A model generated the notes under the pieces. The model was not told the DNA's origin. It ran no database searches and worked only from the letters and a program-made list of their open reading frames with translations. The translations under genes and the position numbers were made by a program. DNA of 64,000 nucleotides from Azolla caroliniana (taxonomy: Eukaryota; Plantae; Polypodiophyta), in the NCBI GenBank assembly GCA_043228905.1, contig JBHGNT010000015.1, positions 16,492,001 to 16,556,000 on the forward strand, given 5' to 3'. This document shows, piece after piece, positions 48,914 through 61,088 of this stretch; within the stretch, counting starts at the first letter, position 1; each line of letters opens with the position of its first letter.

Positions 48914-51900
48914 TTTCTGTGTTACCGTCGCTCTGATACCACTTTGTCGAAATTCCGTGCTCGGCCACAACCGAGGAACTGGATCGATTCACAGAAAACG
49001 GGAAATACAACAATGCACGAAAACAATAGAGAGAAGGGTACACTGGATGTTTTACGTGGAAAACCCTAAATGGGAAAAACCACGGGAGTGCAAGACTCCA
49101 ACTATCACTATACGCGGGAATGTACAATGGCGAGCTGCAAGGCGACGACCTTGAGCTCACTGTCCTCGCCACAGGCGGCGGTATTACACAGAGGCGTCGA
49201 CCTCTTCCTTCCTCTTTCTCTCTCACTCTCTCTCGGCTGCTCTCACTTCGCTCCCTCTTAGTGGAAAACAGAAAAATGAGCAACAACATAAACTGTTTGC
49301 CCTAAGTCATATTTATACACATATGACTTTCGGGCTATTTACAAATATAGCCTCAAGGGCTCTTGGCAAACATATTCACAAATATGTCCCCGCATCCGGA
49401 TCTCCCTCCGGGTACATTCGTCATCCGGCTCCGTAACCGGGGTCTTCAGCATCCGGCTCCGTAGCCGGGGTATTCATCATCCGGCTCCGTAGCCGGGGTC
49501 TTCATCATCCGGCACCGTAGCCGGGGTCTTCATCATCCGGCTCCGTAGCCGGGGTCTTCATCATCCGGCACCGTAACCGCAACCGGGCTTGCCGTCATTC
49601 ATCTCCGGACATCCCATCCGGAGGGACCGAAATCCCAACAGTCTTGACATCCAACTATTCAATCTCCAAATCCATGTTGGCATCTATGCTCAAAATAGTT
49701 CTAATGGATGTCATCTTCACAACTGGAACGAATATTTCGTCAAAGTCAACGCCATTTTTATGTTTGAAACCCTTCATCACAATGTGGTCTTTATACCTAG
49801 GCGCACTATCGACTTCTCCAGTATTCACCTTGTAGCCCCATTTGTTCCTGAGTGCTCTCTTACCTTTCAGTAATTCTACCAGGTCATAGGTGTAGTTTTC
49901 GTGCAAGGAGTCCATCTCATCTTGCATCGCGCTTAGCCATTTCTCTTTGTGCTCGTCGGCAATGGCTTCATCATAGCACTCTAGCTCACCTTCATCCACT
50001 CTGGCTCACCTTCATCAGTTAAGAGGATGTATTGACTCGCATATGTTGTCGGTGCTCTCCTTTCTCTGAGTGGGTATCTCCTTCCACACATTGTTGGCCC
50101 TTGTCCAGATGTCTCTACCAACTCTTCTCTCGGTTCAGGTTCATTCGTGTCGATCGGTTGTCGGATGTCCACTGACTCCAATTCATATTCATCGATCGAC
50201 TTTAACAGATCTGCCGACTCAAACTCATAGTCGGTCGGTCTCTCCGAGTCGACTGACTCGGATTTAGTTGTGCTGATTGGCTGTCTCCAAACAACCGACT
50301 GTGTCGGTTCACTTGGCCTCAAGTCAATAGTAGTGGAGGTTGACTGGTTAGTCGATTCCAACTTCTGTTGCTTCCAATCCTCTATGGTCTTATCTTCCAA
50401 GAAGACTATGTCCCGACTCCTCACTACCTTCTTGTCGACTAGGTCCCATAGCCTATAGCCGAACTCATCTTCCAAGTATACCATGAATATGCATGGTTTC
50501 GACTTACTATCGAGTTTCACCTTGTGATCCTTAGCCACATGCATATATACTAGACATCCGAACACCCTCAAAATTTGGTAGGAGACATGCTTTCCTGTCC
50601 ACACCCTTTGTGGGACATCACCTTTCAATCGTACTGAGGGAGACCTATTGATCAGATAAATTGTTGTATACATCACCTCAGCCCAATACGATTTTGGCAG
50701 TTTAAGATGAGAGAACATACTTCTTACTCTCTCCATGATTGTTCTATTCATCCTCTCTGCAAGCCCATTCAACTCAGGGGTCTTTGGCACTACGATTCGA
50801 ATACCCTGGGCCTTGTAGTATTCCTCAAACTACCTTTTCTATTCACCACCATTGTCAATTTGGGCAGCCTTCAAGTTCCGACCCGACTCTTGTTTAGTTC
50901 TTGCCTGGAACTCCTTAAACATTGACGGTACTTGATCCTTCGACTTCAGTACGAAGGCCCATGTCTTCTGACTATAGTCGTCAATAAACGTTACAAAGTA
51001 TTGTCCACCCCAATTGGACGGAGCATCTACGTAGCACACATTTGTGTGCACTAGTTCCAGTGGAGCTTCTCTTCTCCTTGGTGGTCGTGTGTAGAATGCT
51101 GCTCTATTCTGATTTCCGACTAAGCAGTCGACGCACTTCTCTAGGTGCACTCCCTTTACTTCTGGTAGAAGCTTCTTGTTGGCCAACAGATGCAATCCCT
51201 TCTCACTTAGGTGGCCTAGCCTCTTATGCCATAACTCTCCACTCAAGTCGGCTTCCACATTTACTTCCGACTTGCACAGTCGGGAATGCATCATATACAA
51301 TGTCCCCTCTTTCTGTGTTCGGGCCACTATGAGGTTTCCTCAACAGAATTTCCACTTGCCATTACGAAAGCTACCACTATAGCCTTCGTCATCCATCTTT
51401 CCAATCAATATCAGGTTCAGTGTGATATCGAGGACATGTCGAACATCCTTCAAAGTCAGCCAACACCCTGTCGACGTCGTCAAATAGACACTTCCGATTC
51501 CGGCTACCTTGCACTCTCCATTATCAGCCATCTTTACATGGCCATGATCCCCAGCTATGTAAGTCGAGAAATACTCTCTCGACGGAGTTATATGGAAAGA
51601 TGTACCGGAGTCGATCACCCAAGTGCATTCTTCGCTTGCAAGATTTGCACTTGCCTGTTCACAAATGAACTGGAGCTCTTCATGGCTCGTAGCAATGGCT
51701 GAAGTGTTCTTTTCTTCCAGAATCTTCCTGGGTTCAATATTGTTACCGACACTCTTTTCCTTCTTGAGGTGTCGGCAGTCCTTCTGGAAATGTCCAGGCT
51801 TTCCACAATAAAAGCACACGAGCTTTCCTCTAGACTTTGACCTGGCTTGAGACTTTTCTCTCCTTGTTTGTGGGCTTCTTTGTCGGTTCCTTCCTCTGCT

Positions 51901-52129
51901 AGTATGTTGAGTCAAATTTGACTCCAACTGGACTAGGACACCCTTGTCCTTCCTTCTCGCTTCCTCATTCAAGATGCTTGTCTTCATTGCTTGTAAAGAC
52001 AAGTTCTCTTCTTGACAAGAGGTGCTAAGAGTAACCACCAGGTTCTCCCAGCTACCCGGCAGTGTGCACATTAGTGTATCAACCTCACAGGGCTCTTGGC
52101 ATCTGCTGTTACGAACACAGCTATGGCAC

Positions 52130-52170
<41 letters not shown>

Positions 52171-53137
52171 TTTTGCGCTCCGCAATGCCGCTCTCTATCG
52201 CTATCTACAACACCATCTTTTTGTTCCTCTTCATACATTGTTTGCCCTAGGTGTATTTATACTAATACACAGTATTGGCTATTTACAAATGTAGCCCCTA
52301 CTACACATCACTACTATTATTATTTATAATAATAAGTAGCCATCAACTGACTCCAGTGTCAACTGTCTAGTCGGTCCGACTAGTCGGCCTAGTCATCGAC
52401 CATCCGGTCGGCCCGACTAGTCAGTCGTGTCTTCGACCTGGATCTCCTTTCTGTCGACTCTCGAAATCGACTCTTCAACCATCGGTACTCGGCCCGAACA
52501 GTCGGCTCCTCCCACTGGAGGGACATATTCCTAACAAATTCAACAACTTGGGGAGGGCCACCACATTACCTACATGGACTTTGAACGACCTATGTTTTCT
52601 CAATTAACACTATGTAGGCTCATCAATTGGGTTGAGTCCTTCACAAGAAGATAAGGGTGGTAGTAAGTTCAACTAATAGTCAGCAAGGGATTAAGCGATC
52701 ACATACCTAACAAAGTGATGATGTTTTTTCAAGCCATTGACTTGAGGGATGACCAAGGATTTTAGGCATTTTGTGGGAGGGGCACAACCAAAAGTACGCT
52801 TGTGCAAACTTGGGAAATGGTGAAATTAGTTGTCAACAACTACAAAAACAAAAGACAATGGTAGCATATCAAGATAGACTAGAGAACAAAAGCAAAATTT
52901 GTTTCCTGGGAATATAAATGATAGCATATTCAAAATCCCTAGAAGTCCAAGTGAATAAGACAAATGAACTCCCCAACATTCAAGAGTCAAGGGAAAAAAT
53001 TATCTCTCAACCTTCTAGCTATGTCAAACAAAAGAAACATCTACAACCCGAGCATACCATCGATGTTGCATTTGGAATGGCAACACTAAGAATGGCCTCC
53101 AACGAATGTAGAGCAACCAAAAACCTACCACTCTAAA

Positions 53138-53158
53138 TTTAGGGTTTAGGGTTTAGGG
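53138..53158 (+). repeat. Interstitial plant telomere-type repeat (TTTAGGG)x3
   Basis: Read directly. Confidence 0.8.
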
Positions 53159-53538
53159 TAGAGGCACGATTTTAACCACATTGCTTAAGGATAAAACATA
53201 CACCCTAACCGCATTGCAATCATCAATATTAAGCCATCGGACTTTATATATATTTGTTTTTAGTTAGAAGTACTTTGAGAGTATGGCAATGCCATAAGAT
53301 GTCACATGTGGTTTAGCTACACTTCTATGAATTCATTCACCTCCGGGATATGCATGAACATTACCTTCTATCAATTCATTCATTTCCTAAATCTATGAAC
53401 ATTCACTTCATATCCCATACACTTAATTCATTCGATTGTAACAAAGATGTTCTCAATCTGAAAATGTTTTACGTGAATGCAAGGAGATGTTGTCCTATCG
53501 TGTTCTCTGATGTCGTATTGTCGTGTTCTCTAGTTTAT

Positions 53539-53757
53539 TGTTAGGATCATGACAAGCCAAAACCGGTTATGCTCACGAATATGTGTTAGGATCATGACAA
53601 GCCAAAACGAGACACATATATTTTACGTGGAAAACCTGAATCAAGAAAAACCACATGGAGTCCACTAACTCCAAATAGATCACTATAAGAGAGGAGGTAC
53701 AATAAGAACTCGAAGGCAACGGCCCTGAGATCTTCGTCCTTTTGACGATTACAAAGT

Positions 53758-53804
<47 letters not shown>

Positions 53805-54081
53805 AAGTTACAAAGGCAACTACCTTTTGTGTCCAATGTCACGATACAACTAATAATGATCGACTACATCAACTAAAGTTTTTGCCCTAGTTGTATTTAT
53901 ACATATACAACTTTCTGGCTATTTACAGATTTAGCCCACATGGGGCACATTTAGACTATTTGCAAATATAGTCTCCCAAATCAATGGTATAATCGATTCT
54001 CGATTATCAATTTTTCGACCTCAGCCGAGCTTGTACTTCAATTCGGCTCATCCCATCCAGAGGGACCTGGTTTTCCCAACA
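53539..54081 (-). mobile_element. Solo Tork-like copia LTR
   Basis: TG...CA; TSD TTTAT at 53534-53538 and 54082-54086; shares motifs with the F/I/J LTRs. Confidence 0.9.
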
Positions 54082-54364
54082 TTTATAACTATTCGTTTGA
54101 ATCCCATTAGGATAGTCACACAAACACATTTATCAACTTCTTGATTAATAATAGGATATGTTAATTAGTTTTGAGTAGATGAATAAGTCCATAGGTCAAG
54201 TTAAAGCTTTTGTGAGTGAGGCACACAAAACGCTAACAAGAATGCAAAGAAAACCACCAAGCTCTTCATTCCCAAGCAAATTCTGCAGAATTTGGTAATG
54301 TGGATAAGGTATTTTTCACTGGGCAAATAGCTTGAGAGCTTAGAAGCTTCAACTAACAATAAAT

Positions 54365-54862
54365 AAGCAATCTGTTCAAAGGTATCAATCAATCAAGCTA
54401 GTTGAACAGATTACATTCAGAGATTCTATATAATGTAAGGAATCTACTCAAAGGTATTAATCAAGCTAGTTGAACAGATTCCATTGTTAGATCCTGTATA
54501 ATGTAAGTAATTGAATCAAAGGTATTAATCATGCTAGTTGAACAGATTACATTCATAGATCCTGTATAATGTAAGCAATCTATTCAAATGTATCGACCAA
54601 TCAAGCTAAGTTGAACAGATTACATTCATAGATCCTGTATAATATAAGCAATCTATTCAAAGGTATCAATCAATCAAGCTAAGTTGAACAGATTACATTC
54701 ATAGATCCTGTACAATATAAGCAATCTATTCAAAGGTATCAATCAATCAAGCTAAGTTGAACAGATTACATTCATAGATCCTGAATAATGTAAGCAATCT
54801 ATTCAGAGGTATCAATCATGCCAGTTGAACAGATTACATTCATAGATCCTGTATAATGTAAG
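54365..54862. repeat. Minisatellite, 7 copies of a 68-73 bp unit
   Basis: Unit AAGCAATCTATTCAAAGGTATCAATCAATCAAGCTAAGTTGAACAGATTACATTCATAGATCCTGTATAATGT. Confidence 0.93.
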
Positions 54863-55115
54863 GGTAAGTGTGTATGTATGTATGTATGTATGTCATCTAA
54901 AATCTTCACAGAGTCACATGTATTTTAATGTCCATGGGAAAGAAAGTATACAAGAAATATGCCACATTCTGCTTATTTCACCAATCTGTGCTTGTGTTTA
55001 GTATACAGGAGCAGTCCACAATGCAGAGCAGGAAGCTATGGTATATTTTCAGATAGATATTTGACATAAATGCAGAGAGCAAGCTATGGAACAGCTGAGT
55101 CTCGATGTATTCTCA

Positions 55116-56213
55116 TCACATGCGTGTCCACTCATATCTACCCGGCAGGGGCCTTTCCTTCTTCGGATCGAAATTGTACCTGCAAACAGAATGATCAAAT
55201 AATGAAAGCAAGGCAGAAGAATCGATCTCTGTGTAAGCCAACAAGGCAGTGCAATATACCTGTCAATGAATCGTCTTCGGTACCATTGCTCTGCACCTTG
55301 AAAGAATGCATCAATGTCAGTAGAAGATGGTGCTTTGATTGCAGGATCAATAGGCCGAGCCCTGTGAGGACTAGAATGTCTTGATCTTGATGTGGATCCT
55401 GGAGCATCATCGCCATAGATACAGCTATCTCTGCTGTTTTCCGTTCTTTGCCTGCTCCCCCTCCACCTACACGCACAGGTATAATCAGAGCTGAGAATTA
55501 AGCTAACAGTGACAACAAATTTAATGCCGAATTGGCTGAATTTGAAGGAATCCTATCACAAACTTGTCCATGCTCGAAACTCCGCCATCATCATTGATTG
55601 TTTGGCTTTCCCCACAAAATTCTTGCTACATGTATAAATAATCAGAATTCATCACCATCAGTCCATGATCAGCAGACGCAGAGAAAGAAGAAAGGTTTAA
55701 GAAATCCCTCACCTCGGGATTGATTCCTGCACTATCTAGACCATGATTGGAAAGCGCCATCTCTGTGTCTGCTTGGTCAAGAATGGCTGCTTGTTTCCGG
55801 TTTCTTGTCATAATACATTCTCTACTAGGTAAAGGAACTGAATTGGCCATGGTAGAGACTCTCAGGCTCCTCCTTCGCAATGAAGGCTCTTTTGCAGAGA
55901 TATGGATAGGTTTCTTCTGTGTGTGACATCGAATCTGAGGCGGTAATTTCTGTTTCTCAAAAATACAATACGTTGATACGCAATCATGCGCTGAATTGTG
56001 AACAATTCTGCTGCGGAGCCGCATATAGGAGGCACCGCTCCTCGGGTGATTGGCAAAGGTGTGCGGAGTAGAATCGAGGCCATGATTAGGGTTTTTGGAG
56101 CTCAGTTCCGTCTGTAGGGCTCTAGCTCTGGCTCGGGTTCGAGCCCCCAGCGATCCGTCTGCAATAGTATAGCTGCAAACACTGTCTCCTCTTCCTCTCA
56201 TGTATTTTCCCAT
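55116..56213 (-). CDS. KRP: ICK/KRP cyclin-dependent kinase inhibitor, 277 aa; exons 56213-55713, 55625-55564, 55466-55260, 55179-55116
   Basis: N-terminal KRP motifs MGKYMR, LGARTRA, YMRLRSR; C-terminal CDI domain PSSTDIDAFFQGAEQWYRRRFIDR|YNFDPKKERPLPGRYEW; three GT-AG introns give 834 nt in frame. Confidence 0.93.
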
Positions 56214-56279
56214 GCAAGAAATGGAAAGGATCCGACTTTCTCTTCTAGAAGCATCCAGAAGAAGGACTGATGAGATTGG

Positions 56280-56810
56280 ATCTTTCTTTCTTCTTCTTCT
56301 TCTTCTTCTTCTTCTTCTTCTTCTTCTTCTTCTTCTTCTTTCTCCTGATTCTGGCGTTCTACTGAAAGCTTAAATCACGCAGAAAAGGAGAGAGAAAATG
56401 TGGCGTGAGACATACACACATTACTTCTTCTTTTTCTGCCTTCCTACTAACGCAAAACAGTAAACACAAAAGGAAAAAGGCGTTCTTCCGTTCCGTTCTT
56501 TCTCTCTCCCAGTAGCGTAAAACAGCGCTAGAGAGAGAGAGAGAGAGAGAGAGAATGAGAGAGAATGAGAGGGAGAATGAGGTAGAGGAGGGAGAAAGGA
56601 TCAGAGACAGAGAGAAGTAGAGAATGCAGAGAAGCACAGAGAAGAAGCTATGGGGAAGCAAGCCATGGCAGAATGTCTGTGTGTAAGAGAGAGAGAGAGA
56701 GAGAGAGAAGGTATGGTGGGAGCTATGGCAGAATGAGGCAGAAGAAAGAAGAGAAGGAGGAGAGACAGGAGAGAAGGAGGAGGAGGAGATGATGATGATG
56801 ATGATGACGT
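56280..56810. repeat. (CTT)n and (GA)n microsatellite-rich 5' UTR/promoter region of KRP
   Basis: CTT run at about 56290-56340; GA, GGA and GAT runs at about 56530-56805. Confidence 0.75.
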
Positions 56811-57034
56811 GGAATGAAGCGTGACCGTTGGATCGTCACGGGTTGGGGGGGAGAGGCGGGCCGAGGCGCCAAGTGGACTGCCATCTCCACCGTCCAATCG
56901 GGAGGGAAGCCCTGCAGGAGATCGCTGACGTGGCTCTTGATCGGACGGCTGTGGTTGAGCCGAGAGCCGCCCCCCCCCCCCCCCCCCCCCCCTAACCCAA
57001 GTGATCTGTGTCAAATTCCGTGTTCAACCACTTA

Positions 57035-57545
57035 TTTTATTAGTTAATTATTTATTTATTTATTTATCTATTTATTTTCTCATTTACTTATTTATTTGTC
57101 TATTTATTTTCTCATTTACTCATTTACTTATCTATTTATCTATTTATTTATTTATTTACTTATTTATTATTTATTATTTATTTACCTATCTATTTACTTT
57201 TTCCTTTTCTTCATCTACATATTTATTTATTTACTTACTTATTTACCTATTATTTTATTATGTACTTACATTCTTCTTTTTTTCATCTTTTTTTTTAAAA
57301 AAAATTTCATCTATTTATTGTTTCTTTTTTTGTTCCTCTGTTTGATGGTTTCTTTTTTTATATATGATTTGCTATTTTATTTATCTATCAACCTATTTAT
57401 TTATTTATCAATCTATCTACCTACAATTTATTTATTTATTTATTTATTTATTTACTCTTTTAGTTATCTATCTATGTATCTACATACATATTTATTTAAT
57501 TGTTTATTTTATGTATTTGTTTGTTTGTTTATTTTATTTTTCTCT
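57035..57545. repeat. AT-rich low-complexity (ATTT)n/(ATCT)n tract
   Basis: Degenerate tetranucleotide repeats; the ORFs here are F/I/Y/L-rich artefacts. Confidence 0.9.
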
Positions 57546-60500
57546 GTACAATACGAAAAAGTTCATTATTGGAAGAAGACAATGTCTTATGTATTTTTGA
57601 GTGTGTGTGGAGTACTACAAACTTAGCTGCTCGGCAATGCCCCTAATGCCCCTACTCTCACGATGACTTCCACAAACTCTAACATTTTGCGAACTCGTTG
57701 CTCCAATACACTTTCGTGAACCTCTCGTGCTCACCCATCTCTGTCATGTCCAATGTTCGCCAATCCTCATTTCGTCATTGTGGCATCTTGAAACTCTTTA
57801 TCATCAAACATTTAATCTAGATCCTCCTAAATCTTATCTTCTCCCGTCAACATTTTACAGTCTTGTAATTGCTCAGTTCAATCCACTTTTCATGAACCTT
57901 GCATCCATCCTCCCATCCCCTCTTCATAGGTATGGGCGTCACTTGTTTTCGTCCATTTGGGATAGATATCCTTGAAGTTCTATCAATGTCTCAAAACAAC
58001 ATTATGGCGAAATGATGATTTCATTAAAAGTTGACCCCCCTAACTACATCAACTTGTTTTCATCCATCGAGATGTCTTGAAGCTCTATCAAACATCTAAA
58101 ACAAATTTAGAGGCAACGAATATCCTTAGAAGTTGACAACATCATCATAAGTTCACACGCATACCTAAAAAATGTGTTAGAATAGCCTTATTTACTCAAT
58201 AATGGGCAACCCAATTGCAATGGTGAAAACTCAATTCTAGAGCCTTTGTAATGCTTTGGATTCTCTGACAATGTTCAATCTCGAACCGAAAATTTCTTTG
58301 AATATTTTGAAACTTGAAAGTGGTTCTTGATTTTCGGTATTATATTAATGCATACCAAATTACCTCAATCTTGATTATTTCCAATGTGTCAAAAAGCTTG
58401 AAAGGTTCTTGATTTTTAAAGTATTATATGATTGCATACTATAAACCTAAGTCTTTATTCTTGCCATTGCATCAAAATAAGTATACAAATTCATTTCTTA
58501 TAAACCAATGTTTGTAAATCATTCATAGGTAGTTGGGGTCCAAAGTTCAATTATATTATTTTCTCCTTTAATTTCTCAATAACATTGACTGAATACATTT
58601 TGTACCAGCATTAGAAGATCGGGCCTAAGGTTGAATAAAGGTGTGGATGGGCAACCAAGAAGATGAGATGCAAGGTGAGTAAATGAGAATGAGTGGATTT
58701 AGTAAGGAGGATTCTCCAACGTGGAATAAGTTGAGGAAGATAGGATGAGGTAAGGGGAGCCTAGTTGCAACCTATGAACTAAAGGCAAGAGTCAAGAAAC
58801 AACACAAGGAGAAATGCAATGCATGAGTTATGGATGGAACCTCTCATGACAGAGTGACTCTGTAGAATGATGAAGTTTATACAACCTCATAATTTTAGAC
58901 TTCCCAATACAATCTCACAAATTTATGATCATCATTGCTTGGTGGGCAAGACATCATCATCTCCTCCTCTGACATCAACTTCTAGTAGAAGCAAGCTTGT
59001 GTCAACTAAAAGGGGGTGCTTTGAATATTCTAGATGGGTTAGTCATTAGGTCGAACAACAACCTATTCTATATAAAGAACCTCAAAATGTATTCTAGGGC
59101 TAGTATTCACTTCATTTACTAATTTGTATACATATTGATGTTTAACACACTTCTAGCCTGAATAAATTGAGATACCACATATAGAAGGTGATGACTCATA
59201 AACATCTCAAGTTCCATGTAAATTGCTTGACCACCAATCTTTTTCACGTGCACTAATTTTATTTTGCTAATGTAATACTCTTTTTTTTTTGGTGAATTGT
59301 TAGGGTTGGTCGTCTTGGTTGTATTTTAGGCTCATGATTAAAAAAGAAATGTAGTTGCTCAAAACTCTAATTTTTAACACATTATACTTTGTTGAGGAAT
59401 CAACAACATTTGCATTACTGAAATTATACATACACAAATTTCTAAAACAAAGAAACAACAACCAAATTTCATTAATATATTTTAGAACAAAATTGTAAAT
59501 ATAAACTACAATGAGAGAATGACGATATGCTTTGGAGGCAATTTCTCGTTCGTCATCCAATGTTATTCACATCATGCACAAACAATCGACCAATGACTGA
59601 CCAACTCATGTCAACGATGTCTTTGTCTACAACATTCTATAACATATTTTATGATGAGGATAACTGATGTATGCACACAATCATATTCAAACATTGAGAT
59701 TGTGCATGTGAAATGTTGTCTTGGACCGTCATGCACTTGAACTAGGGAAGGTGCCTTGTTGATGAAGGGTTGTAGGAGGTAAAAACACGACATTTCTTTA
59801 GACTTCTTCAAGTTGAGCTTCTTATCCTAATTCATGTAGGTGCCCTTGTAAACACACACTCTGTTTGCAAGCAATATGTTTCTACCCGATGATTTTGTGG
59901 GCCAGAAAATATGTATGAGTGTATTTGAGAGTGTTGTGTGAGCAAATATGTTTATTTCTAAAGTTGGATTTGTGCAGGTATGATTGAAGTAATCTCTAGG
60001 GCCTATTTAGGAAATTGGCCTTGTTAAGGCCAAATTCCTATTCTAGTGTCAATTAGGATTGCCCTAGATTTGAAAGGGACCTAGGAATGATTTAGGGGAT
60101 TCCCTAAAAGTGCTTAAGTCCAATTAAGGGGCATGGAAACAATTAAGGGGTTTGTAGATGCAATTAAAGGACCTATAGATAGTTTATGATGTAAATTCAG
60201 CTCTAATACATGGAATTCTAAGTTGTGACAAATTTTGTCAAGCTCCTTGGAGGATTTGCTCAACAGAAGAATGTTGATCACTAGGAAGCGGTGGATCAAA
60301 TCCCACCTCCCTACCAAATTACAGTCAAACGATCTTTGAACTCCTCGAGTGAAGAGAAATATGTTCTTACAACTTTGCTCTCCAACACAATGCCAAAGAG
60401 GTCCCCGTTTAATTTGAATTGCATTGGGTTTGGGGGGGTGGATTAAATCCAAATTATACTAATTTAGAATATTTGAGCCCTTTTATTTTGGGTGAGAGAA

Positions 60501-60899
60501 TTAAAAGAAACAAAGGTATGGAGAGGATATCCTTGAGTTTCCCATGCGGAGTCCTCTATCGACAACATGTTGACTTGGTTGTCGAGTGCCTATGTGGTGT
60601 TTCTTCTTCATCTTCAATGATTGAATTGCCCAAGTTTCATCCTTGACATGGGTTTGGTGTCTGACCATATATTGTATTCCATCTAGAACTATTACCGCTC
60701 TATATGCCAAATTCCAATATTAATCTATCCATATCTACATTTCTCTCTCTCTCTCTTTCATTTGCATTTCATTAATATTTTGATGCTTCAATGTAAAGAC
60801 CTTATCTCATCATTTATATGTCATATTTTAATCAATAATTAATATTCAATGAGTGATTATGTCCATGTGTGTATGAGAGAGAGACAGAGAGAGCCCAAA

Positions 60900-60969
60900 T
60901 GGATGTAGCTCAGTTGGTAAGGTTGCCCAATGGAGACCAGGTGGTCATGGGTTCAACCCCTACATTCCA
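60900..60969 (+). other. tRNA-derived sequence (SINE head or tRNA pseudogene)
   Basis: A box TAGCTCAGTTGG, B box GGTTCAACCCC, acceptor-like pairing GGATGTA/TACATTC; no credible anticodon arm. Confidence 0.55.
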
Positions 60970-61020
60970 TAGTGGCATCTAGTGAAATAGAGATATATAT
61001 GAAGTATATAATAGAGAGGT

Positions 61021-61088
61021 GAGGAAATTGGGTTTCGAACCCAAGACACAGTGCTTGTAGTGTTATCAACTTACCACTAGGGTAAGCT
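61021..61088 (-). other. Second tRNA-derived sequence, convergent with the first
   Basis: Minus strand ...CCTAGTGGTAAG...GGGTTCGAAACCC (degenerate A box, good B box). Confidence 0.45.

Larger units (their letters stand above)
44134..49640 (-). mobile_element. Tork-like copia J (sister of I), nested in G RT: 696-bp LTRs 44134-44829 and 48945-49640; PBS 48930-48941
   Basis: TSD GTCTT at 44129-44133 and 49641-49645; LTRs are the same length and their ORF translations are identical. Confidence 0.97.
30896..52536 (-). mobile_element. Decayed Tork-like copia G, outer element of nest 2: 3' LTR 30896-31557; internal parts 31558-31660, 42989-44133, 49641-52071; partial 5' LTR about 52072-52536
   Basis: TSD AATTC at 30891-30895 and 52537-52541; PPT at 31560-31569; pol pieces rejoin across H and J. 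Confidence 0.93.

Noticed and set aside
53138-53158. Telomere or chromosome-healing site
   Set aside because: Only three repeat units; such short tracts are common interstitially.
57001-57626. Hydrophobic membrane-protein ORFs
   Set aside because: Translation of (ATTT)n low-complexity DNA.
60008-60047. Hairpin followed by CTAG as a Helitron 3' end
   Set aside because: The hairpin is AT-rich and only 2 nt from CTAG instead of about 10, and no matching 5' end was identified.
60900-60969. Functional tRNA gene
   Set aside because: The anticodon and T arms do not pair properly; kept only as tRNA-derived.
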